Part shown: positions 46,605-55,935 of the stretch, piece by piece
How positions within the stretch are numbered: position 1 is the stretch's first letter
Layout: each line of letters starts with the position of its first letter
Source: Faecousia sp.
Lineage (GTDB): Bacteria > Bacillota > Clostridia > Oscillospirales > Oscillospiraceae
Reading direction: 5' to 3'
Assembly (NCBI GenBank): GCA_045126495.1
Contig: JBGVON010000052.1
Coordinates: 4,516-68,515, forward strand
Length of the DNA stretch: 64,000 nt
The notes under the pieces: generated by a model
The model's input: only the letters and a program-made list of their open reading frames with translations
What the model was told of the DNA's origin: nothing
The model's database searches: none
Translations under genes and position numbers: made by a program

Positions 46605-46634
46605 TTGCGAAATGTATGGAGTGTTTGCTATAAT
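46605..46634 (+). promoter_or_regulatory. SigA-type promoter of the lipoprotein SBP gene
   Basis: TTGCGA-18 bp-TATAAT with an extended TG, followed directly by an 11-7-11 palindrome (46635-46663). Confidence 0.6.
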
Positions 46635-46702
46635 ACTTGTGTACAGAAGACTTGTACACAAGTAGCAAATTCCAAATAAAATTTAGAAAAGGAGCGAGAC
46701 TC

Positions 46703-48268
46703 ATGAAGAAAATCTTAGCATTGCTGTTGGTTCTTTGCATGGTTTTTGGCTTGGTTGCTTGTAAGAAGCCTGCCGATAAGACCGATGGAACCAACAACAC
46801 CGGCGCAGCAAACGCCGGAAACAGCGCAAACAATAACAACGATAGCGACGAAGATGAAGATTTTGTTTACACCTACGTTAAGGAAACTGCTCAGTATAAG
46901 GAAGAAGAGTTGGTTACCGGTACCGGTGCAGCTGCCGTTAATAAGGAAATTACCGACAACAATGATCTAATCAATCCTGCCTTCTCCGGTAAGAAGCTCC
47001 AGCTATACAGTTACAGCTCTGAGTTGTATGATGATATTGATAATATGGGTCAGGGCTCCTTTATTTGGATGGTCCGTGCAGCTATCGCTGACTGGGCTGC
47101 TTTGAACAACGTTGAAATTGAATATGTTGGTGACTATGACCAGAACGTTATTATGGGCGACATCAAATCTGGCAACAATCCCGATTTGATACTGCACTGT
47201 AACAAGTTCCCCCTGCCCGCAACTACCGGTTTGACCAGAGCTTTTACCGATGAAGAGTATGAGCAGCTGGCAAAAACTTGTGGATCTTACTACTTGGATA
47301 TGTGTAACTATAAGGGTAAGAGCTACGGTGTTGTCGCGCCCTGGTCTGGTGGTACGTTGTTCTATTATAACAAGACCCTGTTTGAACAGTACGGTGTTAA
47401 GTCTCCCAAGGAGTACTTTATGGAAGACAACTGGAACTGGGACACCATGGAAAAGTGCCTGACAGAGATCACCAAAGACCTTGACGGCAATGGTTCTGTC
47501 GATATCTATGGCTGCGGTTCTATGTTCCGTGTTAACAGACCGTTTACCCGTAAATTGGCTGATGACGGTAAGGCTGTATCTTTGGTTCGCAACTCTGCTG
47601 AGTATAAGAGATACTTGGAGATCCTCTACAAGGGCGTGCATGAAACCAAGTCTATGGGCGATTACAGTACGATGGTAACCTCGGCTACCAACCCCCGTCC
47701 TGCGACTGCCTGCCAGGATGCTGAGTGGTACAACTTTGCACATCTGAATCAGACCTTGGTCAATGGTGACGTTATTGAAGTCGTTCCTATGCCTAAGTTT
47801 ACCAATGACAGCGAGAGCTGGTACGAGCATACCATCGTGTACGCCTCCGTTCTTTCCTCCTGCGATGAGAACGAGGCTGCTGTGGCTTTGTTGAACTACA
47901 TTCTTCGTGTTGGTATGCGTTACATGTCCGATTTCAGCTTGGGCCTGTACAAGTGTAACTACGAGGGCATCCGCGGTGCAAGTAAGTTTAGTGCCGGTTG
48001 GAAGTCCAACTTTGCAGATGTTGTCGAAGAAAGACAGGAAAAATTTGATGAGCTGGAAGAGTGGGACCAGGAGCTGTATGAGAAGTTCCAGGCCGCTGTT
48101 CTGGGTGCTGATAATCACTTCATTTCTCTGACTTTCCCCAATGAGACTTCTACCCCTGTTTCTTTGGGTAAGGAAGAACGCGAGATGCCTCCTGCTTCCG
48201 CAATCCCTGTTATTGCGCAGCGTGAGGAAGCTTGGGTCAACGAGTACAACAACCTGTACGCTAATTAA
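46703..48268 (+). CDS. Sugar ABC transporter substrate-binding lipoprotein
   Basis: Lipobox MKKILALLLVLCMVFGLVAC, Asn/Thr-rich linker, YYNK.LFEQ.GVK.P, WNWDT. Confidence 0.88.
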   Translation: MKKILALLLVLCMVFGLVACKKPADKTDGTNNTGAANAGNSANNNNDSDEDEDFVYTYVKETAQYKEEELVTGTGAAAVNKEITDNNDLINPAFSGKKLQLYSYSSELYDDIDNMGQGSFIWMVRAAIADWAALNNVEIEYVGDYDQNVIMGDIKSGNNPDLILHCNKFPLPATTGLTRAFTDEEYEQLAKTCGSYYLDMCNYKGKSYGVVAPWSGGTLFYYNKTLFEQYGVKSPKEYFMEDNWNWDTMEKCLTEITKDLDGNGSVDIYGCGSMFRVNRPFTRKLADDGKAVSLVRNSAEYKRYLEILYKGVHETKSMGDYSTMVTSATNPRPATACQDAEWYNFAHLNQTLVNGDVIEVVPMPKFTNDSESWYEHTIVYASVLSSCDENEAAVALLNYILRVGMRYMSDFSLGLYKCNYEGIRGASKFSAGWKSNFADVVEERQEKFDELEEWDQELYEKFQAAVLGADNHFISLTFPNETSTPVSLGKEEREMPPASAIPVIAQREEAWVNEYNNLYAN

Positions 48269-48291
48269 TAGACCTGCTTTTTAGAACTTAT

Positions 48292-48319
48292 GGCGGCTGC
48301 TTCGGCAGCCGCCTTTTTT
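48292..48319 (+). terminator. Intrinsic terminator
   Basis: GGCGGCTGC-TTCG-GCAGCCGCC followed by TTTTTT. Confidence 0.88.
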
Positions 48320-48362
48320 GGCGCATATATGCCGGAATAATGAAAATATTTCGGTTTTTCTA

Positions 48363-48391
48363 TTGCATATTCCACTGCGCTTTGCTATAAT
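48363..48391 (+). promoter_or_regulatory. SigA-type promoter
   Basis: TTGCAT-17 bp-TATAAT with an extended TG. Confidence 0.7.
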
Positions 48392-48560
48392 GTGGCTGTA
48401 TGCGTAAGCGTAAATATTCTCATAAAGGGAACAAAGTATGCAAAATTTATGTGACTGTCGGACCTGTCACACCAATGGAATGTTGGGTGCAAATTTATGA
48501 TGAACAATGCTGGCAGCACAGGTGTTTCTCGTTGCTTTGGAACACCGGAAAGGAGCAGAA

Positions 48561-51221
48561 ATGGAAGAAAAACAGACAAATCAGTATGGCATCGTTCTTG
48601 ATGGCAAAATGGATGAACCGGTATGGGAAACAGCCCAGTCGTTTTCCGGATTCAGTAATATGGAGAGAAGTGGCGGCGGACCTGCTCCCGTAGATACCGA
48701 GTTTAAGGTTTTGCAGTACGAAGACAGAATCTTTGTGGGTGTTAAGTGTCTGGAACCGGATGGAATGGAGGATGTTTTGGCATCCCGCTACCTGAGAAAC
48801 GCCTTTACCGGTCATTCCGTTGAGTTGTTCTTCTCTCCCTCCGGTGACAGCTATGAATTTTATCAGTTTATTGTCACCATCAATAGTAATATCATGACAC
48901 AGTACTATTCTGAGGGCGGCAATATCCGTCCTGATCGTTATAATCCGGATTGGTCGCAGGCTGTATATATTGGTGATAACTACTGGTCCATCGAGGTAGA
49001 AATCCCCCTGACGGCATTCTATTGGACCTATCAGGAAAAGTGGAATAGCAAATGGCTTATGAATATCGGCCGTGTTCGGGTTGTTAACGGTCGACCTCAA
49101 TATAGTACATGGTCTAAGATTGGAGGGGTGGGCGGCTTCCTGTCTTCTGCATATTACAATACGGTTGACGGATTCCCCATGCGCCCTGCCCGTAATGATG
49201 TGCGTATTTTCTCCGCCGATGTGGAGCTGCGTGAGGAAGCGGCTGATGGTTACTGTGGCTTTATGACTGTGAGAACGGACAATGCCGTTGATGATACTTT
49301 TGTGTTCACTTCCGACCATGCTGATTCTGTTGAGGTGAATTTAAAAGCAGGCAGTAATGAATTTACGGTTCCATGCTTCTATCCGAAGCTAGGTCGCGCT
49401 CAGACTATGCTTGCTCTGACCCGAAAGGACGATGGTATCGTATTCAAGCGTTATTATCCCGTACTTGCCCAGTATGAGCCCATCAAACTGCATTTTACAC
49501 TGCCGGAATACCGGAACAACTTTTATCCCGGTCAGGATTATACCAAGATTACCGGTACAGTCACCGCATTTAAGCCAGCTACTATGAAGTTGGAAGGCCC
49601 CGGCATCGAGACCCAGGTAATCACACCCAATGCTGACGGTTCTTTTGCTTTTGAAACCCCGAATTTTGAGATCGGCGAGGCTTTCCTGACTGTCACCACT
49701 GCGGATGCTGAAATCAAGCCAAAAATCCGCCGTCTTGCTCCTTCTGATCACACCATGGCATGGATCTCCGGCGGTAATCTGGTAATCAACGGCAGACCGA
49801 CTCTTCGTCGAAATATGTACGCACGTTACTATAAGATCGGTGAAGCCTTCAAGAAGAGATATGATGCAGATAATCTCCACGAGACCATTGAGAACTTCCC
49901 CGAACCTGCCATTAGAATCCAACCTACGGATTTGATTAAGGGCAGCGAGGGCGCAAGCGGTGAAGCTGTTAAGGACCAAATGCCTAGTGAAGAGATGTTC
50001 CGCAAACTGGATGCAGTTATTGAAGCAAACAAGAACAGGGACTTTGTTTATTACTATCTTTCTGATGAACCTGAGTGCCGGGGACTCTCTCCTGTGTACT
50101 TGAAGCACTTCTATGAGTATGTAACAGATAAGGATCCTTACCATGTTCTTCTTGTGGGCAGTCGGAGCCCTGAATCAGTGATTGATTGCGCAGACTGGTT
50201 TGAGGTGCACCCCTACATTTGTCCTTTTAACTATAAAGACGGTCGACGTATTTACCTGCGTGCAATTAGTAGCCTGGGCGGGTTTGTGGATAAGGTGGTC
50301 AAATTGAATAGACCGGACAAATGTGTTGGCTTCCTACCCACTTGCTATTTGACCGGCGGTGGCAAGGCAGGTTGGGACTGCGTCACCTTAGATGAGTATG
50401 TGTGCCATACCTGGGCAGCTATGATTCACGGCGGAAAGACTCTGTGGCCCTATGCAGCCCATGATATGAACGACCGTCCCGTGCTTTACGAGGGCACACG
50501 GTACATCTTCTCTTCTTTCGAGGCGTTGGAGGATATCGTACTCCACGGCAAGCGCACTACACTGTATCGTTCCGACGATGCGGAATCTGTGCTTTATGAC
50601 AACGGCGACGAGAAGATGTTCGTGCTGGTGAACTTTACTCAGCAGTCCCAGACGATCACCCTTGATGGACTGACCGGCACCTGGCATGAGTTCCGTGGCA
50701 GCCGTGTGTTTACAGAGAATACCTTCCAGCTGAAACCCTTGGAAGTGGTTATCGGCACAAACGTAGTCAAGGGTGAGAACCTGCCCACTTATGCAGATAC
50801 CGTGGCGCTGATCGATAAGCTGGAATATGAGCGCACCCATCGTGGCAGTCTGCTGTTTGGTCGGCATAATGATATTACCGTGACAGCCTCTGCATCCAGA
50901 TTCACCATGAAGCATAAGCTTTTTGATGGTATGGCAGATAATCTGGCATATACAGTTTGGAGCAATCCCGATAATTTTGTGGAAGTTGATCTGACTAAGG
51001 TGAAGCCTGCGTTCAGCAAGGTAGTTGTTGGCGGCTACAATATCGAAAATATGGAACTGAAAGTTAAGATTGGCGATCAGTTGTCTGTACCTGCTGTTGA
51101 AAAGATTGAGACCGCAGAGTACTCCAAGACCTTCTATTTGAAGGAAACCATTGCTCCCGATGCATTGCGCATGGAATTCCATGGCGAGCAGGTTGAACTT
51201 TACGAATTGGAAGTTTTCTGA
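48561..51221 (+). CDS. Putative glycoside hydrolase with an N-terminal CBM9-like domain
   Basis: IVLDGKMDEPVWE...RIFVGVKC...ELF..P...YQF.V...WS.E..IP pattern of CBM9-like domains; central YYYLSDEP; no signal peptide. Catalytic family not recognised. Confidence 0.55.
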   Translation: MEEKQTNQYGIVLDGKMDEPVWETAQSFSGFSNMERSGGGPAPVDTEFKVLQYEDRIFVGVKCLEPDGMEDVLASRYLRNAFTGHSVELFFSPSGDSYEFYQFIVTINSNIMTQYYSEGGNIRPDRYNPDWSQAVYIGDNYWSIEVEIPLTAFYWTYQEKWNSKWLMNIGRVRVVNGRPQYSTWSKIGGVGGFLSSAYYNTVDGFPMRPARNDVRIFSADVELREEAADGYCGFMTVRTDNAVDDTFVFTSDHADSVEVNLKAGSNEFTVPCFYPKLGRAQTMLALTRKDDGIVFKRYYPVLAQYEPIKLHFTLPEYRNNFYPGQDYTKITGTVTAFKPATMKLEGPGIETQVITPNADGSFAFETPNFEIGEAFLTVTTADAEIKPKIRRLAPSDHTMAWISGGNLVINGRPTLRRNMYARYYKIGEAFKKRYDADNLHETIENFPEPAIRIQPTDLIKGSEGASGEAVKDQMPSEEMFRKLDAVIEANKNRDFVYYYLSDEPECRGLSPVYLKHFYEYVTDKDPYHVLLVGSRSPESVIDCADWFEVHPYICPFNYKDGRRIYLRAISSLGGFVDKVVKLNRPDKCVGFLPTCYLTGGGKAGWDCVTLDEYVCHTWAAMIHGGKTLWPYAAHDMNDRPVLYEGTRYIFSSFEALEDIVLHGKRTTLYRSDDAESVLYDNGDEKMFVLVNFTQQSQTITLDGLTGTWHEFRGSRVFTENTFQLKPLEVVIGTNVVKGENLPTYADTVALIDKLEYERTHRGSLLFGRHNDITVTASASRFTMKHKLFDGMADNLAYTVWSNPDNFVEVDLTKVKPAFSKVVVGGYNIENMELKVKIGDQLSVPAVEKIETAEYSKTFYLKETIAPDALRMEFHGEQVELYELEVF

Positions 51222-51236
51222 TTTGTAATGAAACTG

Positions 51237-51270
51237 AACCGGACTATACACTGGTATAGTCCGGTTTTTT
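51237..51270 (+). terminator. Intrinsic terminator closing the carbohydrate locus
   Basis: AACCGGACTATAC-ACTG-GTATAGTCCGGTT followed by a T tract. Confidence 0.85.
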
Positions 51271-51382
51271 ATGGAAATCTTTTGAATAATCATAGATTTT
51301 TTTTGCGGTTTGTGGTATAGTTACTACATGGAAAAATGCCTAATGGATATGAAGGCAAAATACAAAAGAAAGTGTGAATGTT

Positions 51383-52597
51383 ATGACAAAAATTGATATT
51401 TATTCCGGTTTTTTGGGCGCCGGTAAGACCACTCTTATCAAGAAAATGATCGCGGAAAGCTATGCAGGGCAGAAACTGGTGCTTATAGAGAACGAATTTG
51501 GCGAGATCGGTATTGACGGTGGCTTCTTGCAGGATTCCGGTATCAATATTACGGAGATGAATTCCGGTTGTATTTGTTGCAGTCTTGTAGGCGATTTTGG
51601 TAAGGCGTTGACCCAGGTGATCGATGAGTATCATCCGGATAGAATTGTTATCGAACCTTCCGGCGTAGGCAAATTATCGGATGTTGTCGCCGCTGTGGAA
51701 AAGGTCACCGGGGATGACGTGGTGCTGGACTGCACCGTTGCGGTTGTGGATGCAGGTAAGGTGAAGGTCTATATGAAGAATTTTGGTGAGTTCTACAACA
51801 ACCAGATTGAAACTGCTGCCACCATTATCCTGTCCCGGACGGACAGCATCCCTCAGCAGAAGTTGGATACGGCAGTGGAGCTGCTCCGGGAACATAACCC
51901 GAATGCAACCATCGTTACAACACCTTGGGATCAACTGACCGGTGCGCAACTGATGGAGGCCATGGAGGGTAAGGCTAAGGTGTCTGCGGATTTGGCGCAG
52001 CTGGAAGAGGAGCATCATCACCACCACGAGGAGCACCATTGCTGCGGCCACCATGGCGAGCATCACCATGACCACGACGGTGAACACCATTGCTGCGGCC
52101 ACCATGGCGAGCATCACCATGACCACGACGGTGAACACCACTGCTGCGGCCACCACGGCGAACATCACCATGACCACGACGGTGAACACCACTGCTGCGG
52201 CCATCACGGCGAACATCACCATGACCACGACGGTGAACACCACTGCTGCGGTCACCACGGCGAACATCATCATGACCATGGCGAACACTGCACCTGCGGT
52301 CATGATCACCATGACCACCATGCTGACGAAGTGTTCACTGCTTGGGGCGTAGAGACCCATAAGAAGTTCTCTGTTGAAGCTATCCAGTTTGCTCTGCGCG
52401 CCTTGGATAGCGGCGCTGTGGGCATGGTCCTGCGCGCCAAAGGCATCGTAGCAGGGGAGGACGGAAACTGGATCCATTTTGATTTTGTTCCCGGTGAAGT
52501 AGACCTGCGTATTGGCAGCGCCGCGGTTACCGGAAAACTGTGCGTCATCGGTTCTCAGTTGGATGAAGCCGGTGTAGCCAAACTGTTTGGAGTGTAA
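51383..52597 (+). CDS. CobW/COG0523 metallochaperone GTPase with an expanded His/Cys linker
   Basis: GFLGAGKT, ENEFG, GCICC, IEPSG, C-terminal LRAKG. Confidence 0.92.
   Translation: MTKIDIYSGFLGAGKTTLIKKMIAESYAGQKLVLIENEFGEIGIDGGFLQDSGINITEMNSGCICCSLVGDFGKALTQVIDEYHPDRIVIEPSGVGKLSDVVAAVEKVTGDDVVLDCTVAVVDAGKVKVYMKNFGEFYNNQIETAATIILSRTDSIPQQKLDTAVELLREHNPNATIVTTPWDQLTGAQLMEAMEGKAKVSADLAQLEEEHHHHHEEHHCCGHHGEHHHDHDGEHHCCGHHGEHHHDHDGEHHCCGHHGEHHHDHDGEHHCCGHHGEHHHDHDGEHHCCGHHGEHHHDHGEHCTCGHDHHDHHADEVFTAWGVETHKKFSVEAIQFALRALDSGAVGMVLRAKGIVAGEDGNWIHFDFVPGEVDLRIGSAAVTGKLCVIGSQLDEAGVAKLFGV
52034..52285 (+). repeat. In-frame 51-bp tandem repeat encoding HHCCGHHGEHHHDHDGE
   Basis: Four full units (52034-52237) differing only at synonymous sites, plus one 48-bp variant unit. 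Confidence 0.95.
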
Positions 52598-52598
52598 T

Positions 52599-53540
52599 AT
52601 GGCACAGATTCCAGTGTATGTATTTACCGGTTTTTTGGATTCCGGAAAGACGAAATTTATTCAGGAGACCTTGGAAGACCCCCGTTTCAATGCCGGCGAG
52701 CGGACGCTACTGCTGGTTTGTGAGGAAGGGGAGGAGGAATATGATTTTTCCGCTTATCCCCATCAAAACGTGTTTTTGGAAGTGGTAGATCAGCAGTCTG
52801 TTACCACCAAACAGTTGCAGACCCTTGCAAAAAAATACAAGATCCAGCGGGTCGTCGCTGAGTTAAACGGTATGCACATGGTTGGTGATTTGTACAGCCG
52901 ATTCCCCAATGATTGGGTGGTTGCACAGGAGGTTATGTTTGCTGACTCCACCACCTTTATGGCGTACAATGCCAATATGCGCAATCTGGTGATGGACAAG
53001 CTGGTGGGCGGACAGATGGTGGTATTCAACCGGCTCACACCGGGGCAGGATACCATGCCTTTCCATAAGCTGGTCCGTGCTGCCAATCGTAGAATGGACA
53101 TTCTTTACGATTATACCGACGGCACCACCGCCTTTGACGAGATTGAGGACCCCTTACCCTTTGATATCAATGCGCCAATTATTACAATCCATGATAATGA
53201 TTATGCTCTGTGGTACAGGGATGTAACGGAAGAACCCGCAAAGTATGACGGCAAAACCGTCACCTTTAAAGGACAGGTGGCAATGCTCCGCCGGGAGAAA
53301 AACGGCATGTTTGCCCCTGGCAGGTTTGTGATGACCTGCTGCGAGGATGATATCCAGTTCTGCGGCATACCCTGCCGGTATGAACAGGCAGGTCAATTGG
53401 AACCCCGGTCTTGGGTGGCAGTGACTGCTACCGTTCATGCAGAAAAACACGTCCTTTATCAAGGTGATTTGGGCCCAGTCCTGACGGCAATCAAAGTGCT
53501 GCCGGCAGAACCTGCCCAGCCGGACGTGGCAACATTTTAA
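52599..53540 (+). CDS. CobW-like GTPase-fold protein fused to a C-terminal MTCC-motif (DUF1980-like) domain
   Basis: N-terminal FTGFLDSGKT; C-terminal GRFVMTCCEDD...W..VT. Follows the CobW gene directly. Confidence 0.65.
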   Translation: MAQIPVYVFTGFLDSGKTKFIQETLEDPRFNAGERTLLLVCEEGEEEYDFSAYPHQNVFLEVVDQQSVTTKQLQTLAKKYKIQRVVAELNGMHMVGDLYSRFPNDWVVAQEVMFADSTTFMAYNANMRNLVMDKLVGGQMVVFNRLTPGQDTMPFHKLVRAANRRMDILYDYTDGTTAFDEIEDPLPFDINAPIITIHDNDYALWYRDVTEEPAKYDGKTVTFKGQVAMLRREKNGMFAPGRFVMTCCEDDIQFCGIPCRYEQAGQLEPRSWVAVTATVHAEKHVLYQGDLGPVLTAIKVLPAEPAQPDVATF

Positions 53541-53555
53541 GGAAAGGAGCGGCGT

Positions 53556-54830
53556 ATGTATCAGCCATTAGCAGATCTTATCAGACCCAATACCTTGGAT
53601 GAAGTGTATGGTCAGGCGCATATTTTAGGCAAAGGGGCGGTGCTTCGCCGCCTGATCGATTCCGGGAAGATTCCCAACATGATTTTTTACGGCCCCAGCG
53701 GCACGGGAAAGACCACGGTTGCCAACATCATTGCCAAGCAGACCAATCGCACCCTCTATCAGCTGAATGCTACCACTGCCTCTACGGCAGATATCAAGAA
53801 TATCGTGGCGCAGTTGGATACTTTTATGGCGCCCAATGGTGTACTACTGTATCTGGATGAGATCCAGTCTTTTAACAAAAAACAGCAGCAATCCCTTTTG
53901 GAGTATATTGAAAATGGCAAGATCACCTTGATCGCATCTACTACGGAAAACCCTTATTTCTATGTGTTTAATGCGATTTTGAGCCGTTCCACCGTCTTTG
54001 AGTTCAAGCAGCTTTCCCCCGATGCGGTGTTGCAGGCAGTGCATCGCGCGGTGTCCTATTTGGAGGAGCGGACAGCGTTGCAGACCGTGTGCGAGGAAGG
54101 GACGCTGGAATATATTTCTTCTGCTTGCGGTGGTGACCTGCGGAAAGCGCTGAATGCGGTGGAAGTGCTGTTCTCTGCGGGTATCCCACAGGGGGATAAA
54201 TTACCCCTCACCCTTGCCGATGCCAAGGCGGTCACCCAGAAAAGCGCCATGCGCGCCGATCGGGATGGGGACAACCATTACGATCTGCTCTCTGCTTTGC
54301 AGAAGTCTATCCGTGGTTCTGACCCGGATGCTGCCTGCCATTATCTGGCGAGGCTCTTGGAGGTAGGACAGATGCAGTCTGCCTGCCGTCGGTTAATGGT
54401 GATTGCAGCCGAAGATGTGGGTCTTGCATATCCTCAGATCCTGCCTATCGTAAAGTCCTGCGTGGATATGGCGCTGATGCTGGGTATGCCCGAGGCGCGG
54501 ATCCCTTTGGGAGATGCTGCGGTGCTGATGGCAACCAGTCCCAAATCCAACACCGGTCATGTGGCATTGGATAGTGCCTTGGCGGATATCCGTAAGGGCA
54601 AGACCGGGGATTTCCCCCGTCATTTGCAGAATATGCATGCTGATTCCTATACCATGGAGCGGGAGCAGGGGTATCTCTACCCCCATGATTATCCCCATAA
54701 CTGGGTGAAGCAGCAATACCTGCCTGATGAACTGGTGGGCACCCGTTATTATACCTACGGTGACAATAAGCTGGAACAGCTGGCAAAGCAGTATTGGGAG
54801 GCGATCAAGAATGGATATTCAGCTAAATGA
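53556..54830 (+). CDS. rarA: Replication-associated recombination protein A
   Basis: PLAD.IRP, YGPSGTGKTT, LDEI..FNK.QQ, STTENP, SALQKSIRGSDPDAA, YLYPHDYP. Confidence 0.94.
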   Translation: MYQPLADLIRPNTLDEVYGQAHILGKGAVLRRLIDSGKIPNMIFYGPSGTGKTTVANIIAKQTNRTLYQLNATTASTADIKNIVAQLDTFMAPNGVLLYLDEIQSFNKKQQQSLLEYIENGKITLIASTTENPYFYVFNAILSRSTVFEFKQLSPDAVLQAVHRAVSYLEERTALQTVCEEGTLEYISSACGGDLRKALNAVEVLFSAGIPQGDKLPLTLADAKAVTQKSAMRADRDGDNHYDLLSALQKSIRGSDPDAACHYLARLLEVGQMQSACRRLMVIAAEDVGLAYPQILPIVKSCVDMALMLGMPEARIPLGDAAVLMATSPKSNTGHVALDSALADIRKGKTGDFPRHLQNMHADSYTMEREQGYLYPHDYPHNWVKQQYLPDELVGTRYYTYGDNKLEQLAKQYWEAIKNGYSAK

Positions 54831-55002
54831 CATTCTGGAAATGAAGAAAGCCCATCCTTGCGGGGGAAAACAGTGGAAAGTGCTGCGAACCGGCGCGGAT
54901 TTCCGGTTAAAGTGTCTTATGTGTGGTCATGAGATTATGGTCCCCCGGTTTAAGGCAGAAAAAAACATTCGTAAGGTTATCAAAAACATCTCGACAGAAT
55001 GA
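54811..55002 (+). CDS. DUF951 family small protein
   Basis: MKKAHPCGGKQW.VLRTGADFRLKC..CG...M.PR. Confidence 0.88.
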   Translation: MDIQLNDILEMKKAHPCGGKQWKVLRTGADFRLKCLMCGHEIMVPRFKAEKNIRKVIKNISTE

Positions 55003-55003
55003 A

Positions 55004-55038
55004 ACGGCAGCCGATTGCATCGGCTGCCGTATTTTTTG
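55004..55038 (+). terminator. Intrinsic terminator
   Basis: ACGGCAGCCGAT-TGC-ATCGGCTGCCGT followed by ATTTTTT. Confidence 0.85.
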
Positions 55039-55167
55039 TTTTAGCCTGCGCAGGCAGTAGAAATCCACAGGGCGGTGGTAGAATCTGTAAGGAAACGCTG
55101 CACGTCAACCGACGGGATTTTTTACCGGCGTGTCCTATACTGGACGTACAGGCAAGGAGGTGCACAG

Positions 55168-55935
55168 ATGATCGACTATTTGGATGGCGTATTTCTTTTG
55201 AACTTCCTGGTGGATTTACTTTTGCTGCTGGCGGCGGGACGGTTATGCGGGTATCCGGTGAGGCTGGTCAGAGCGGCGGCAGCAGCGGCGTTGGGTGGGA
55301 TATATGCAGGCGCTTGCCTGTTGCCGGGATTTCATTTCCTGGGAAATATCCTGTGGCGCATTGTCAGTCTTGCAGGCATGTCTGTGATTGCCTACGGATT
55401 CAGTATCAGCGCGTTTCGCAGAGGTTTGGTGTTTGCGTTCTTGTTTTTTGCGTTGGGCGGCGTGGCCATGGGAATGGGCAGAGGGGGCGTTGTCGGGATA
55501 TTATCGGTTGCGCTGATTCTGTGTCTGCTATGCAGTTTCGGCTTTCGGGGGCGCATCGGCAGCAATACCTATATTCCTGTGGAGCTAACCTATGGAAAGA
55601 AACGGCTGCAAATCACCGCTTTGCAGGACACGGGAAATACCCTCCGTGACCCCATCACAGGTCAGCAGGTGCTGGTGCTGGAAGCCCGCGTGGCAGGGGA
55701 TCTCACTGGTTTGACACCGGAACAACTTCGCTCGCCGGTGGAATCGTTAAGTGTTCTGCCGGGTCTGCGGTTGATACCCTATCACAGTGTGGGAAGCAGC
55801 GGTGGATTTCTGCTGGCAATGCGGTTGCAGAATGTGAAGATCGGAAAATGGAAGGGGAGTTCGGTGGTGGCGTTTGCTCCTAATGGATTCAGCTCGGATG
55901 GTGCATATCAGGCGTTGACAGGAGGGTTATCATGA
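55168..55935 (+). CDS. spoIIGA: Pro-SigE processing aspartic protease
   Basis: [14 protein letters not shown]-terminus, five TM helices, catalytic DTGN.L.DP, IPYHSVG. AAGGAGGT RBS. Confidence 0.9.
   Translation: MIDYLDGVFLLNFLVDLLLLLAAGRLCGYPVRLVRAAAAAALGGIYAGACLLPGFHFLGNILWRIVSLAGMSVIAYGFSISAFRRGLVFAFLFFALGGVAMGMGRGGVVGILSVALILCLLCSFGFRGRIGSNTYIPVELTYGKKRLQITALQDTGNTLRDPITGQQVLVLEARVAGDLTGLTPEQLRSPVESLSVLPGLRLIPYHSVGSSGGFLLAMRLQNVKIGKWKGSSVVAFAPNGFSSDGAYQALTGGLS

Noticed and set aside
18847-48319. Three terminators sharing a GC-TTCG-GC cap (18847, 29303, 48292)
   Set aside because: The cUUCGg tetraloop is a common stable terminator loop, and the stems are otherwise unrelated.
51270-51382. 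Zur or Fur box upstream of the CobW gene
   Set aside because: AAATC...GATTT arms are present, but the spacing and inner bases do not fit the consensus well enough to call.
52034-52285. Possible CRISPR array
   Set aside because: Head-to-tail in-frame coding repeat with no unique spacers and no cas genes.
51674-52477. Val/Met-rich repetitive ORF on the minus strand, and 52053-52352 on the plus strand
   Set aside because: These are alternative-frame readings of the His/Cys repeat of the CobW gene.
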